Assembly: GCF_006345805.1 (NCBI RefSeq)
Contig: NC_043019.1
Span: 496,001 to 560,000, forward strand
Direction of reading: 5' to 3'
DNA length: 64,000 nt
Source: Octopus sinensis
Lineage: Eukaryota
The translations under genes were made by a program, and so were the position numbers. The first letter of the stretch is position 1. The number at the start of each line of letters is the position of its first letter. The notes below the pieces were generated by a model. It searched no databases and had not been told where the DNA came from. It saw nothing but the letters and a program-made list of their open reading frames with translations. Of the stretch, positions 1 to 12,893 are shown one piece after another.

Positions 1-126
1 GAATTTTCTCAATAAAGCCAAGAGAAAAAGATGTTTTATAAACACATTCTACCAGTATACAAAGTTAAAAGGTCTTTAGTTACCTAGAAATTATGTTAAA
101 AACTGCCGTTCAAACCGAAAAGATCC
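1..126 (+). mobile_element. 3' end of Merlin-like MITE (truncated by window edge)
   Basis: Ends with TIR aaaaactgccgttcaaaccgaaaagatcc; body matches copies at 7368, 15414 and 57742. Confidence 0.85.
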
Positions 127-659
127 CAGATACTTTGAGGTGGCTTTTCAATAAAATCCAGTATAATGAGATTAATTGTACATAATTTTCATAACCCGTA
201 AAAGTGAAGAAGCATTAAGAAATTGACAAATGTTTCATGACCCATGCAATTACCCCGAACCCGCTGCAATTGAAATAGAAACAGATGAGAACAGAGAGCT
301 AACACAAAAAAAGTCAGGCACCGCAAGATGGAATTAAAAACAAAATTGTCCAGCATGTTATTAGCAATTAGTGGATAAGATATAAACGCCCTCCCAAGAT
401 ATTGAAACCCACATCCCGTGCATATAAACTGCATGCAATTTTATAAGTTAATCAAGTATATTTTAAAGTGTTACCAGGGCCGTGATGCTGCAACATCCAC
501 ATTCAAGATGAAAATTCATATTTACAGAGGGGTTGATGTATTAGTAGCAACGAGGCGATTTTGGAAAACTTTCAATACTATAAATGATATTCTACAGTCT
601 TTAAATAGCTTTTCACTTAGAAACTATTTGATAAATATATATATATCTTTAAATCTAAG

Positions 660-935
660 TGTATCTACCTACCTACCTACCTACCTACCTACCAACCTAC
701 CTACCTACCTACCTGCTTTCCTACCTACCTACCTACCTACCTACCTACATACATACCTACATACATACCTACCTACCTACATACATACATATATACATAT
801 CTACATACCTACCTTCCTACCAACCTACCTACCTACCTACCTACCTACAACATACCTACCTACCTACCTATCTATCTACCCATCTATCTATATACTATCT
901 ATCATCTATCTATCTTATTATCCTATCTATCTATA

Positions 936-972
<37 letters not shown>

Positions 973-1000
973 GTCTGTCTATCTATCTATCTATCTATTT
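660..1000. repeat. (TACC)n/(TACA)n/(TATC)n compound microsatellite
   Basis: Directly visible. Confidence 0.95.
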
Positions 1001-1345
1001 GTGTCCGTATACAGATACATATATATATGAATATATATAAAATATATGCACACCCATATACATAAATATAAACATGATATATACATATTAATATACACAC
1101 GCATGCACACACTTTCATACACACACACAAGCACACTTTTACACCCACATTTTCACATATTCACAAACATGCGCACGCACACACACAGAAGCGTGTATGT
1201 ACGTATAAGATGAGTACCCGTGAAGGGCCATATAAACACACAAACAAAATTTATATTAGCTGAAAATTACTTGTACGTTAAGTTACAAATACAGCCAACA
1301 TTGCTTCCATTTCATTATTATTCATTGACGATATACGATGATGAC

Positions 1346-1728
1346 GTGGAGGCGCAATGGCCCAGTGGTTAGGGCAGCGAACTCGCGGTCATAGGATCGC
1401 GGTTTCGATTCCCAGACCGGGCGTTGTGAGTGTTTATTGAGCGAAAACACCTAAAAGCTCCACGAGGCTCCGGCAGGGGATGGTGGTGATCCCTACTGTA
1501 CTCTTTCACCACAACTTTCTCTCACACTTACTTCCTGTTTCTGTTATACCAGTACCGGCCTTGTCACTCTCTGTGTTACGCTGAATATCCCCGAGAACTA
1601 CCTTAAGGGTGCACGTGTCTGTGGAGTGCTCAGCCACTTACACGTTAATTTCACGAGCAGGCTGTTCCGTTGATTCGGATCAACCGGAACCCTCGTCGTC
1701 GTAACCGACGGAGTGCTTCCATCCATCC
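1346..1728 (+). mobile_element. tRNA-derived SINE, head B + tail 1
   Basis: A/B-box-like head (tggcccagtgg; gtttcgattcc); 11-bp TSD acgatgatgac at 1335-1345 and 1729-1739; tail shared with 2554-2877. Confidence 0.9.
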
Positions 1729-2216
1729 ACGATGATGACATATCCATAGTTAATATACTCAAAACATCATCTACTTCTTTCAACTTCCTAGTAATAAATA
1801 ATGGTTCATTCCAGCGTAAGTTATTTGTTGCAACCATAACTATCGTTGCACTATTATAAAAGTAATTTCCCAACATCACTTAACAAAATCCCTTTCGTAA
1901 TCAACATTGTTTTTGAATATTAATACATAATGTTTTATGGCATATTTCCACTGTAGATGCAATCACAATTTTGTGATGATTAAATATTATAATAGTGAAA
2001 TAATGTCGACACAAGCTTCAAACTGCATGATTAGAGTAGTTCGGAATACTACACCATCTCTACATATACGTTCTTTTGGCATGTGTGTGTTTAATTGTGT
2101 GTGAGTGTGTGTGTGCGATATGTAAGTATATATATATATTATATATATATATACATACATACTTATGTATATATGTATATGCATGTATATATGTATATAT
2201 ATTCATCTAAATATAT

Positions 2217-2259
<43 letters not shown>

Positions 2260-2553
2260 ACATATACACACACATATATGTGCATACATATATATGTGTG
2301 TGTGCGCGTGTTTATATATGCATGTATATAGGTGTATATATATATATACAGATACACGCATACACGCACACATACACACACATATGTCAGGTCATTTAGT
2401 ATGAAATGTCCTATTTGAACTGAAAATTCATTTTACTCAACAAAATGCAATGCAGTTAGTCAAAGTATGCACCTAAATTATCAACACCATTTTGCCATTT
2501 TATTAATATCTTATTTATGTTGCCAGCGAAGAATTTTGGAGAGCAAGAGGTAA

Positions 2554-2877
2554 AAAGACTCCGCCGGTTACGACGACGAGGGTCCCAGCTGATACGATCA
2601 ACGGAACAGCTTGCTCGTGAAATTAACGTGCAAATGGCTGAGCATTCCACAGACACGTGTACCCTTAACGTAGTTCTCGGGGATAATCAACGTGACACAG
2701 AGAGTGACAAGGCTGACCCTTTGAAATACAAGTACAACTCATTTTTGCCAGCTGAGTGGACTGGAGCAACGTGAAATAAAGTGTCTTGCTCAAGGACACA
2801 ACGCGTCGCCGGGAATCGAACTCACAACCTTACGATCATGAGCCGAATGCCCTAACCACTAAGCCACGCGCCCTCAC
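2554..2877 (-). mobile_element. tRNA-derived SINE, head C + tail 1, inserted in mariner
   Basis: 14-bp TSD agagcaagaggtaa (2540-2553, 2878-2891); tRNA-like head; gtgtccttgagcaagacacttt core. Confidence 0.9.
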
Positions 2878-3854
2878 AGAGCAAGAGGTAATGAAATCAC
2901 GAAAGGCTGTTTTTGCGCCTTCTTCCGCTTCGAAGTCCTTTCCTTGCAAAACGTTGTCTTATGCCTGGAAAACGTGATAGCCAGTTGGTGCAAGGTCTGG
3001 TGAATATGGGGGATGACAGAGTACTTACAAGTTCAGTTCCTGTAACTGGAGTAGCGTTCTTTGTCCCCAAAATGGTCGAGCATTGTCTTTCAAGAGAATT
3101 GGCCAGTATCTATTGACCAATGTCGGTTTTTTAAGTGCAAGTTCATTCATCATTTCATCCAGTTGGTTGATGTATGCATCCGCTGTAATTGACTTACTAG
3201 GTCTCATGAAACTGTAGTGGATGACACCAGCGCTGGACCACCAAACAGACACCATCAGCTTTATTTGGTGAATGTTCCGTTTTGGGTTGTGTTTTGGCAC
3301 TCCGTGTCTATCCAGCCACCGTGCAGAACGCTTGTTATTCTTGAAAAGAATTCATTTTTCCTCCTACGTAACAGTACTATGCAAAGATGGTTCGCTTTTA
3401 TGCCGTGACAGCCAAGAACAGCAAGTTTCAAGATGATATGTCATTTCATGCTCGTCTAGTTCATGTGGTACCCACTTGTCCAGCTTCTTTACTTTGCCGA
3501 TTTATTTCAAATGGTCCGATACAGTTGGAATCGAAACATCAATCTCGCTCCTAGCTCACGCGTAGTTTGTGATGTATCCGCTTCCACTACAGTTTCCAGT
3601 TTATCATTATCCACCTTGGTCTCAGGTCTAGCACATGGCTGATTTTCAAGAGTAAAGTCACCGGACGGGAACTCCTCAACCTATTGACGTACAGTGCGCT
3701 CATTCACCATATCTTCACCAAAAGCCTCTTTGATATTTCAAGCTCTTTGGGATGCACTGGTTCCACGACGAAACCCATATTCATAAACCCCACGATTTTT
3801 TTATCTATCCATGGGTTCACAAAAAATAATTTACAAGAGAAAACTCACAATATA

Positions 3855-3948
3855 GGCGCAGGAGTGGCTGTGTGGTAAGTAGCTTGCGAACCAAACTCAT
3901 GGTTCCGGGTTCAGTCCCACTGCGTAGCATCTTCTACTATAGCCTCGG
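3855..3948 (+). mobile_element. SINE family A, 5' fragment
   Basis: Matches head ggcgcaggagtggctgtgtggtaagtagcttgc of full copies. Confidence 0.85.
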
Positions 3949-4373
3949 ACACTTCATTCTTAATTACCTGATGTATATCTATAGACCCCCCTCGCCCACA
4001 CACAGAGCTTAGTTCTATTGAATCTCATTTGGCAGACCGTTAAGTTACGGGACGTATTGACAGTGCAACACAAGAGAATGAATCACGAAGAAAATTTTTT
4101 CTGAAAATGAAGAAAAATATCGAAAAATGATCAAGTGCAATTCTGGTGCGAAAAAGTTCTCGTTAGATTGGAAGCTGACTGCCGGGGGATCAGAAACTGG
4201 AATGTAGGAAAAAAGAATATTTGAAGATAGGTGGGTGTAATGAATAAATGTATTTTAAACATTTGCAATTTTTTAAATTGAGGTGCATTTTCAACACCAC
4301 ATTTTCGTATATCCATCCATCCATCCATCCATCCATCCATCCATCCATCCATACATACATACATACATACACG

Positions 4374-4427
<54 letters not shown>

Positions 4428-5264
4428 ATATGTATATATATTTATATGCTCATGTTTTGAGCCCTAATTTTCCTGTTCGCATCACCAAACCTATATGTGA
4501 GTGTGTGTATGTGTGTGTGTCTATATTTGTTTGTGCGTGTGTGTGTGTGTGTGTTTGTCCTTATATGTGGGTGCGGTGTATGATAAGAATCCGTTATCTA
4601 GTTTCATGGGTTCACGATAACACAGCAGTGAAATTAACTTTCGGGCCCCGAGTCAGAACTCCATTTCATGTTATTACACTTCACGCACCTGTAAATTACC
4701 TTCGACCGGCGCCTTCCTCTGTCTATCAACCACCAAGCTTCGGATATTCGACTTAGTTATTTACGGGGCTGGCGAGAATGTGTGTGTGTGCATTTCAACA
4801 TCCCACCCTTGCGAGAAGTGGCTGTATTTGTATGAATATAAGCATGATTATATGTATGTTTATATGCATATATATGCGTGTGTGTGGCCTGTAATTATTT
4901 GCAAATGAAATACAGAAATGAAAGTAAATGATTTTAAAAATTCCTCAAGCTATATATTAATTTTCTTTTTTAATCGTACACAACATAAACTGAAAAATAA
5001 TACATATGATACACTTAAAATATCAACCAGTGTATGTCCGCCCCAAGAAATAATAATTTCATTAAAGTGCATGCAATTACAGCAGGGGAGATAATAGTAA
5101 ATAGAATGCTATAACATAAAGCATTAAGGGTTTTGTTAATAAAATAGTTTTCAGTAATCAATGCTCAGTAATTGGCCGCTTGTCACACAGACAATGTTAT
5201 GAAATTGTTTTCCATTTTGTCATCGGTTTTCGAAACACACAGTCCCTGTTTATTTTTTTTATAG

Positions 5265-5435
5265 AGGTGCAGGAGTGGCTGTGTGGTAAGTAGCTTGCTT
5301 AGCAGCCACATGGTTCGGAGTTCAGTCCAACTATGTGGCATCTTGGGCAAGTGTCTTCTACTATAGCCTCGGGCCGACCAAAGCCAAGCCTTGTGAGTGG
5401 ATTTCGTAGACGGAAACTGAAAGCAGCCCGTCGTA
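5265..5435 (+). mobile_element. SINE family A, 5' half
   Basis: Matches full copies; runs into (TA)n. Confidence 0.9.
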
Positions 5436-5487
5436 TATATGTATATGTATATGTATGTATGTATATATATATGTATGTATGTATATA

Positions 5488-5549
<62 letters not shown>

Positions 5550-5627
5550 GAAAAAAGCAACAAGAATGGATCAATATATCGGTACAATTGTTTCGTACGA
5601 GGACATATATATATAAGCCTAAATATA

Positions 5628-5736
5628 TTGGCCTGCTCGCTTAGCCAGCGGGGTGGCGTCATTTGAAGGCTAAAACAATGCGAAGCGCATTGTAACCGGC
5701 GATGTGTAGCAACCTCTGATATCCTGGTCGGTCACG

Positions 5737-5741
<5 letters not shown>
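5628..5741 (+). mobile_element. SINE tail 2 fragment
   Basis: Reverse complement of the tails at 12163 and 39061. Confidence 0.8.
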
Positions 5742-5813
<72 letters not shown>

Positions 5814-5826
5814 TGTTTGTGTGTGT

Positions 5827-6025
5827 GTTTGTCCCCGCCAACATCGCTTGACAACCGATACTGGTGTGATTACGTTCCCGTAACTTAACGGTTCGGCAAA
5901 AGAGACCGATAGGGTAAGTACTAGGCTTACAAAGAATAAGTCCTGGGGTCGATTTTCTCGACTAAAGGCGGTGCTCAGCACGGCCGTAGTCAATGACTGA
6001 AACAAGTAAAAGCGTAAAGAGTAAG
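5827..6025 (+). mobile_element. SINE family A, 3' half (duplicated at about 8026-8225)
   Basis: Matches the 3' half of full copies. Confidence 0.9.
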
Positions 6026-7367
6026 AGAGAGAAATAACACGATTGTATTTTTGCCTGATATCAACAGTGCTTTCCTCAAACAAGGCATTATTTGCTGTAT
6101 TTAGCTCTTTAGAAAATCTTGCTATTTTCCTTACTAATAAACAGTAGACTTTTTAATGCAACGTTACTGAGTAAAATGCACTCCGTCTTTCAATTTGATA
6201 ATTTTCACAGATTGCATATACCAACTGTAACATTTTATTTATTGATAAATTTAAGTAGATTTTGGCACAAACCTTGGCAAAAGTTGCTTACATAAATGCA
6301 TTAGAGAATTTTAGTTTCAAAATTACTGTAATTACAGTTAAGTATAAGTAAAATAATATGAACTGCAAAATTAAGTAAATCGTATTTAAATATCACCATA
6401 TAAATAAGTTTCTAGCCAATATTACATTAATATTTAGTGCTTAGTAAATTATACTTAGTAGCTCTGTAAATGTTCATTATTATATAGCAAAGTTGCTCAG
6501 ATTTCGTTCACAATCTACTCTATTTTCTTTGATTTGCATTTTGTGAAGTGATTCGTAGATAATACTGAACGGCATAATTCTGTATAAGTTAAATAGCTTA
6601 GATAACACACACACACACACACACACACATGCAGAGGCACACGCACACAGGGATAGACAAACAGCTTCTGATGTATATCGCTAGGAATAGAGGACTAGAA
6701 GACCATATTTCTTGAATAAAACAATTATAGAGACTCACATACAGGACTTTAAGTTTCTGTGTCAATGAAGAAGTGCGGCGATTATCCTATCATTGATACA
6801 GATGTTTGAACTCTTGCATTCGGTTCTTCATAGGTGTATGATTTTTTTTAAAGTACTTTAATTTTGGAGGGGATACTGTGTCTTGTTTATCGCCAAATAA
6901 ACGTGGATATTCTATAAGAAGAGACGATAGTGCTATTTGGACGCCGCCTCCAGCTGGTTATTCAATGTGCTTTGCACTCAGTGGGAGGAGGAAATTTCTT
7001 ACTCTCCTAGCTCTGAGACTATTAGATCACGTGATTTCGACCTCATTTGTGTCATCTTCAGTGATGGGTAACTGTCTGCTAGACATTACAGTATTCACCC
7101 TGGCTATGCAAACTCAAATTTATCCCGAACAGTGTATAGTTTTGCATAAACAGATAATATGATGTTGTTATTGACTAATGTTTAAGGGTCAAGCAATACA
7201 GCGCTGGGAGTTATAATGCTCATCATTAACTTCGTAAAGAAATGTACCCTTCTAGACTAAATATCTATTCTAAAATTTTCCATGCTCACCGTGCTACTAC
7301 ATCAAAAATTCTTTGTCAATTAGATTGCCATACTTACCAAATTAATGGGAAAATGACGGCGAATGTT

Positions 7368-7794
7368 GGATCTTTTCGGTTTGGATGGCAGTTTTTTCTA
7401 GCGGTGTCATATGAAATTGTCACCCATAATTATGACCCTAGTATCGATCTATTGCATTTCAATCTGTTTTAGGGTTAGAGTTAGTTAGGGTTAGGGGTGG
7501 GGGAAGGGTATATTTTGTTCTTCACAAATGTAAATAAACCCAATCTGTTTCTTAAACTAGGGGCATATTCATAGGGTACAAAATGTATTTTACCTCAATA
7601 GACGTCATTGATTGGTTGAAATTGCAGAAATTGAAGAAAAAAAACAACAAATGTCTTACAAACTATAGAATTTTTTCAATCAAGCCAAGAGAAAAAGATG
7701 TTTTATAAACACATTCTACCAGCATACGAAGTTTAAAATTTTTTAGTTACCTAGAAATTATTTTAAAAAACTGCCGTTCAAACCGAAAAGATCC
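7368..7794 (+). mobile_element. Merlin-like MITE
   Basis: ~29-bp TIR ggatcttttcggttt...aaaccgaaaagatcc; flanks cgaatgtt/tgaatgtt (8-bp TSD, 1 mismatch). Confidence 0.85.
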
Positions 7795-9570
7795 TGAATG
7801 TTTTCAGTCGGACAGCTATTGATAAGTTCTTCGGAAATAGAGACACATGTTTCGGTTAGAGATTTATTGTACTTCACGATTAAGTGTTCCGGAAGAAAGG
7901 AAATCTATGTGATAAAGTCCTGAATGCAATCCTTATATTCTTCGTTTCCAGTTCTTTTTTCGGTTAATGTGTGTGTGTGTGTGTGTGTGGTGTGGTGTGT
8001 GTGTGTGTTGTGTGTGTGTGTGTGTGTTTGTCCCCGCCAACATCGCTTGACAACCGATACTGGTGTGATTACGTTCCCGTAACTTAACGGTTCGGCAAAA
8101 GAGACCGATAGGGTAAGTACTAGGCTTACAAAGAATAAGTCCTGGGGTCGATTTTCTCGACTAAAGGCGGTGCTCCAGCACGGCCGTAGTCAAATGACTG
8201 AAACAAGTAAAAGCGTAAAGAGTAAAGAGAGAAATAACACGATTGTATTTTTGCCTGATATCAACAGTGCTTTCCTCAAACAAGGCATTATTTGCTGTAT
8301 TTAGCTCTTTAGAAAATCTTGCTATTTTCCTTACTAATAAACAGTAGACTTTTTAATGCAACGTTACTGAGTAAAATGCACTCCGTCTTTCAATTTGATA
8401 ATTTTCACAGATTGCATATACCAACTGTAACATTTTATTTATTGATAAATTTAAGTAGATTTTGGCACAAACCTTGGCAAAAGTTGCTTACATAAATGCA
8501 TTAGAGAATTTTAGTTTCAAAATTACTGTAATTACAGTTAAGTATAAGTAAAATAATATGAACTGCAAAATTAAGTAAATCGTATTTAAATATCACCATA
8601 TAAATAAGTTTCTAGCCAATATTACATTAATATTTAGTGCTTAGTAAATTATACTTAGTAGCTCTGTAAATGTTCATTATTATATAGCAAAGTTGCTCAG
8701 ATTTCGTTCACAATCTACTCTATTTTCTTTGATTTGCATTTTGTGAAGTGATTCGTAGATAAATACTGAACGGCATAATTCTGTATAAGTTAAATAGCTT
8801 AGATAACACACACACACACACACACACACACATGCAGAGGCACACGCACACAGGGATAGACAAACAGCTTCTGATGTATATCGCTAGGAATAGAGGACTA
8901 GAAGACCATATTTCTTGAATAAAACAATTATAGAGACTCACATACAGGACTTTAAGTTTCTGTGTCAATGAAGAAGTGCGGCGATTATCCTATCATTGAT
9001 ACAGATGTTTGAACTCTGCATTCGGTTCTTCATAGGTGTATGATTTTTTTTTAAAGTACTTTAATTTTGGAGGGGATACTGTGTCTTGTTTATCGCCAAA
9101 TAAACGTGGATATTCTATAAGAAGAGACGATAGTGCTATTTGGACGCCGCCTCCAGCTGGTTATTCAATGTGCTTTGCACTCAGTTGGGAGGAAATTTCT
9201 TACTCTCCTAGCTCTGAGACTATTAGATCACGTGATTTCGACCTCATTTGTGTCATCTTCAGTGATGGGTAACTGTCTGCTAGACATTACAGTATTTCAC
9301 CCTGGCTATGCAAACTCAAATTTATCCCGAACAGTGTATAGTTTTGCATAAACAGATAATATGATGTTGTTATTGACTAATGTTTAAGGGTCAAGCAATA
9401 CAGCGCTGGGAGTTATAATGCTCATCATTAACTTCGTAAAGAAATGTACCCTTCTAGACTAAACTATCTATTCTAAAATTTTCCATGCTCACCGTGCTAC
9501 TACATCAAAAATTCTTTGTCAATTAGATTGCCATACTTACCAAATTAATGGGAAAATGACGGCGAATGTT

Positions 9571-9995
9571 GGATCTTTTCGGTTTGGATGGCAGTTTTTT
9601 CTAGCGGTGTCATATGAAATTGTCACCCATAATTATGACCCTAGTATCGATCTATTGCATTTCAATCTGTTTTAGGGTTAGAGTTAGTTAGGGTTAGGGG
9701 TGGGGGAAGGGTATATTTTGTTCTTCACAAATGTAAATAACCCAATCTGTTTCTTAAACTAGGGGCATATTCATAGGGTACAAAATGTATTTTACCTCAA
9801 TAGACGTCATTGATTGGTTGAAATTGCAGAAATTGAAGAAAAAAAACAACAAATGTCTTACAACTATAGAATTTTTTCAATCAAGCCAAGAGAAAAAGAT
9901 GTTTTATAAACACATTCTACCAGCATACGAAGTTTAAAATTTTTTAGTTACCTAGAAATTATTTTAAAAAACTGCCGTTCAAACCGAAAAGATCC
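9571..9995 (+). mobile_element. Merlin-like MITE (second copy within the tandem duplication)
   Basis: Same sequence and flanks as 7368-7794. Confidence 0.85.
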
Positions 9996-10167
9996 TGAAT
10001 GTTTTCAGTCGGACAGCTATTGATAAGTTCTTCGGAAATAGAGACACATGTTTCGGTTAGAGATTTATTGTACTTCACGATTAAGTGTTCCGGAAGAAAG
10101 GAAATCTATGTGATAAAGTCCTGAATGCAATCCTTATATTCTTCGTTTCCAGTTCTTTTTTCGGTTA

Positions 10168-10216
<49 letters not shown>

Positions 10217-10289
10217 TGCCCGTATGTGTGTGTGTTTTATATATAAGAAAATAGACACGATAAAATTATTAAGCAATAAAAAGGTTATC

Positions 10290-10452
10290 AGGTGCAGGAG
10301 TGGCTTTGTGGTAAGTAGCTTGCTTGCCAACCACATGGTCCCGGGTTCATCCCCACTGCCTGGCACCTTGGGCAAGAGTCTTCTGCTATAGCCCGGGCCG
10401 ACCAAAGTCTTGTGAGTAGATTTGGTAGATGGAAACTGAAAGAAGCCAGTCG

Positions 10453-10484
<32 letters not shown>

Positions 10485-10695
10485 CATATGTCTGTGTGTC
10501 TGTATTTATCCCTACCCCCAAAATCGCTTGACAACCGATGGTGGTGTGTTTACGCCTCCGTAACTAACTGGTTCGGCAAAAGAGACCGATAGAATAAGTA
10601 CTAGGCTTCCAAAGAATAAGTCCTAGGGTCGATTTGCTCGACTAAAGGCAGTGCTCCAGTATGGTCGCAGTCAAATGGCTGAAAAGAGTAATAGA
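10290..10695 (+). mobile_element. SINE family A, full length
   Basis: tRNA-like head, cttgggcaagagtctt core, internal (TA)n(TG)n, tail gtcaaatggctgaaaagag. Confidence 0.92.
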
Positions 10696-11187
10696 GCAAA
10701 AGTGGTTCAGAATGTTTTCTTTTAACTCACCAAAAGTATTTAATTCTTCAAACTAGATTTAGCATCAACCAAATTATTCCTTTGTTGCCATAACCTTGCT
10801 TTCAGAATCGATTGACCATTTTCTATTGTTCTTTGAATACACCGATAAAATCTAGCAAACCAAGTGCCTTTAGTTATCTGATATGTCGCCGTATCAATAG
10901 AGATGTCCCAAGTCATTACAAAACACAAAGCAAATTGCTTAATAACTAAACGTGCATTGAATACTTTCCGTGGTTTGGTTGGTCTCCTGGAAGCAGAAGA
11001 CAAATGTCTGTCGTAGCATGCTGTACCGTCTTCAAAAGAAGTAAGAACATATCAGGAAATGGAGAAGTAAAAATGAAGATCACCGGATGGGTTAGACTTG
11101 AATTTTCTTTGATGATTTGAAATATTTCTTATTATTTCTTAGGCGTATTATGTTAGTAATGATATCCGCTGCTTGGCATTTTTGTCT

Positions 11188-11446
<259 letters not shown>

Positions 11447-11458
11447 TGTAAATATTGA

Positions 11459-12057
11459 GCATGTAAATATTGAGTTGAAAAATACATTGTGACAGAAAAA
11501 TATTGAAGGCTACCCCTGGGATTCGAACCCACATCTTCTGCAGATATGAACTCGATGTAAATAAAGTTTTCATCATTTTTCCATCCAAGTCTTTTTAACC
11601 TACTATTCCCTTGCAATAAGGTGGTAAATTGGCAGACTCGTTCCTACGCCGTTCAAAATGGTTACCCGCATTTCTTATGTCTTTGTGTTCTGAGTTCAAA
11701 TTCTGCTAAGATCGACTTTGCCTTTCACCCTTTTGGGGGTCAATGAAAGTACCAGTTGAGCACTGGGGTCGATGTAATCGACTTACCCATTCCCCTCAAC
11801 TGATGGCCTTATACCAACGTCAAAGCCAACATTTACTCACAATAAGGCGGCAAGCTGGCGTGTCGTTAGTATACCGGGGAAAATGCTTTCTAAGTTCAAA
11901 TTATGAGGATGTCGACATCGCCTTATATCTGATAGTGGTCGGTAAAGTTGAGCACTTGGGTCGATGTAATCGACTTGTCCCATCGACTAAAAATTACCTG
12001 CATTGTGCCAAAATTTTTTAATGTCCCAATGTATTTTTCAACTCAATATTTACATGC
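11459..12057. mobile_element. Segment bounded by 36-bp inverted repeats, containing SINE D fragments
   Basis: gcatgtaaatattgagttgaaaaatacattgtgaca (11459-11494) is inverted at 12022-12057 with 1 mismatch. Confidence 0.55.
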
Positions 12058-12116
12058 TATTATTTATAGCATGATATATACTTCGAGAACCAATTTCTAA
12101 AAGAATTATATATATA

Positions 12117-12162
<46 letters not shown>

Positions 12163-12460
12163 TCACCGTGACCGACCAGGTTATCAGATGTTGCTACACA
12201 TCGCTGGTCACAATGTGCTTCGTATTGTTATAGCCTTCAAATGACGCTACCCCGCTGGTTAAGCGAGCAGGCCAACAGAAGAAAGAGTGAGAGAAAGTTG
12301 TGGCGAAAGAGTACAGCAGTGATCGCCACAACCCCCTGTCGGAGCCTTGTGGAGGTTTTAGTGTTTTCGTTCAATAAACACTCACAACGCCGGGTCTGGG
12401 AATCGAAACTGCAATCCTACAACCGCGAGTCCGTTGCCCTAACCACTAGGCCAATGCGCC

Positions 12461-12466
<6 letters not shown>
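12163..12466 (-). mobile_element. tRNA-derived SINE, head B + tail 2
   Basis: Head is the reverse complement of the 1346 head; tail shared with 39061 and 5628. Confidence 0.9.
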
Positions 12467-12511
<45 letters not shown>

Positions 12512-12817
12512 ACACACACACACACACAAACTCACACACACGCACACATATATCTGTGTAGTGCCTCCTTTCTCTCTGTGATGTCAATGGATTAGTTCAA
12601 AGTGGTATAAAATAGACGTTATTTGAGACATCATTATAGCCAGGAAATCACACACCAATTCATTCCAATGACACCGAAGTTATATTTATATTCCAAAGCC
12701 TACCAGTCTCATTCGCCCTTTTCTCGGAGACTCCCAAATGACTCATCGCTTTTATCGGCAGCGTCTTGTGTTAGACTCTTTCGATTTTTACCCGTTGTGC
12801 TTATTTTCACTTTGCAG

Positions 12818-12893
12818 TTGCCGGCTTGCAGCTATTAACAACGGGCATTACTAGCATCAATCACGAACAAAAGAACAGCCCTTACAGATCCTT
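12818..12893 (+). other. Candidate 76-nt internal exon of an unidentified host transcript
   Basis: ttattttcactttgcag acceptor and gtaagt donor in non-repetitive sequence; one open frame (AGLQLLTTGITSINHEQKNSPYRS); no recognised homology. Confidence 0.3.

Larger units (their letters stand above)
2385..3973 (-). mobile_element. Decayed near-full-length mariner (DD34D) transposon with two nested SINEs
   Basis: Imperfect ~27-bp TIRs (tgtcaggtcatttagtatgaaatgtcc / ggacacttcattcttaattacctgatg) flanked by TA. Minus-strand peptides VSVWWSSAGVIHY, ILLKDNARP, YSPDLAP and KWQNGVDNLGAYFD* are mariner transposase motifs; frameshifted. Confidence 0.9.
5770..10205. repeat. Tandem duplication of a ~2.2-kb unit (about 5770-7970 and 7970-10170)
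   Basis: gtccccgcca at 5831 and 8030; cggttaatg at 7961 and 10162; near-identical copies with breakpoints in (GT)n tracts. Confidence 0.97.

Noticed and set aside
6880-7110. Enhancer or promoter call from E-box and forkhead-like motifs (also 13790-13960)
   Set aside because: Short motifs occur by chance at this frequency; no conservation or chromatin data available.
10740-11003. Unique-sequence ORF with a nearby gtgag donor on the minus strand
   Set aside because: All three frames hit a stop shortly before the donor and the peptide has no recognisable motif; a non-coding exon is not excluded.
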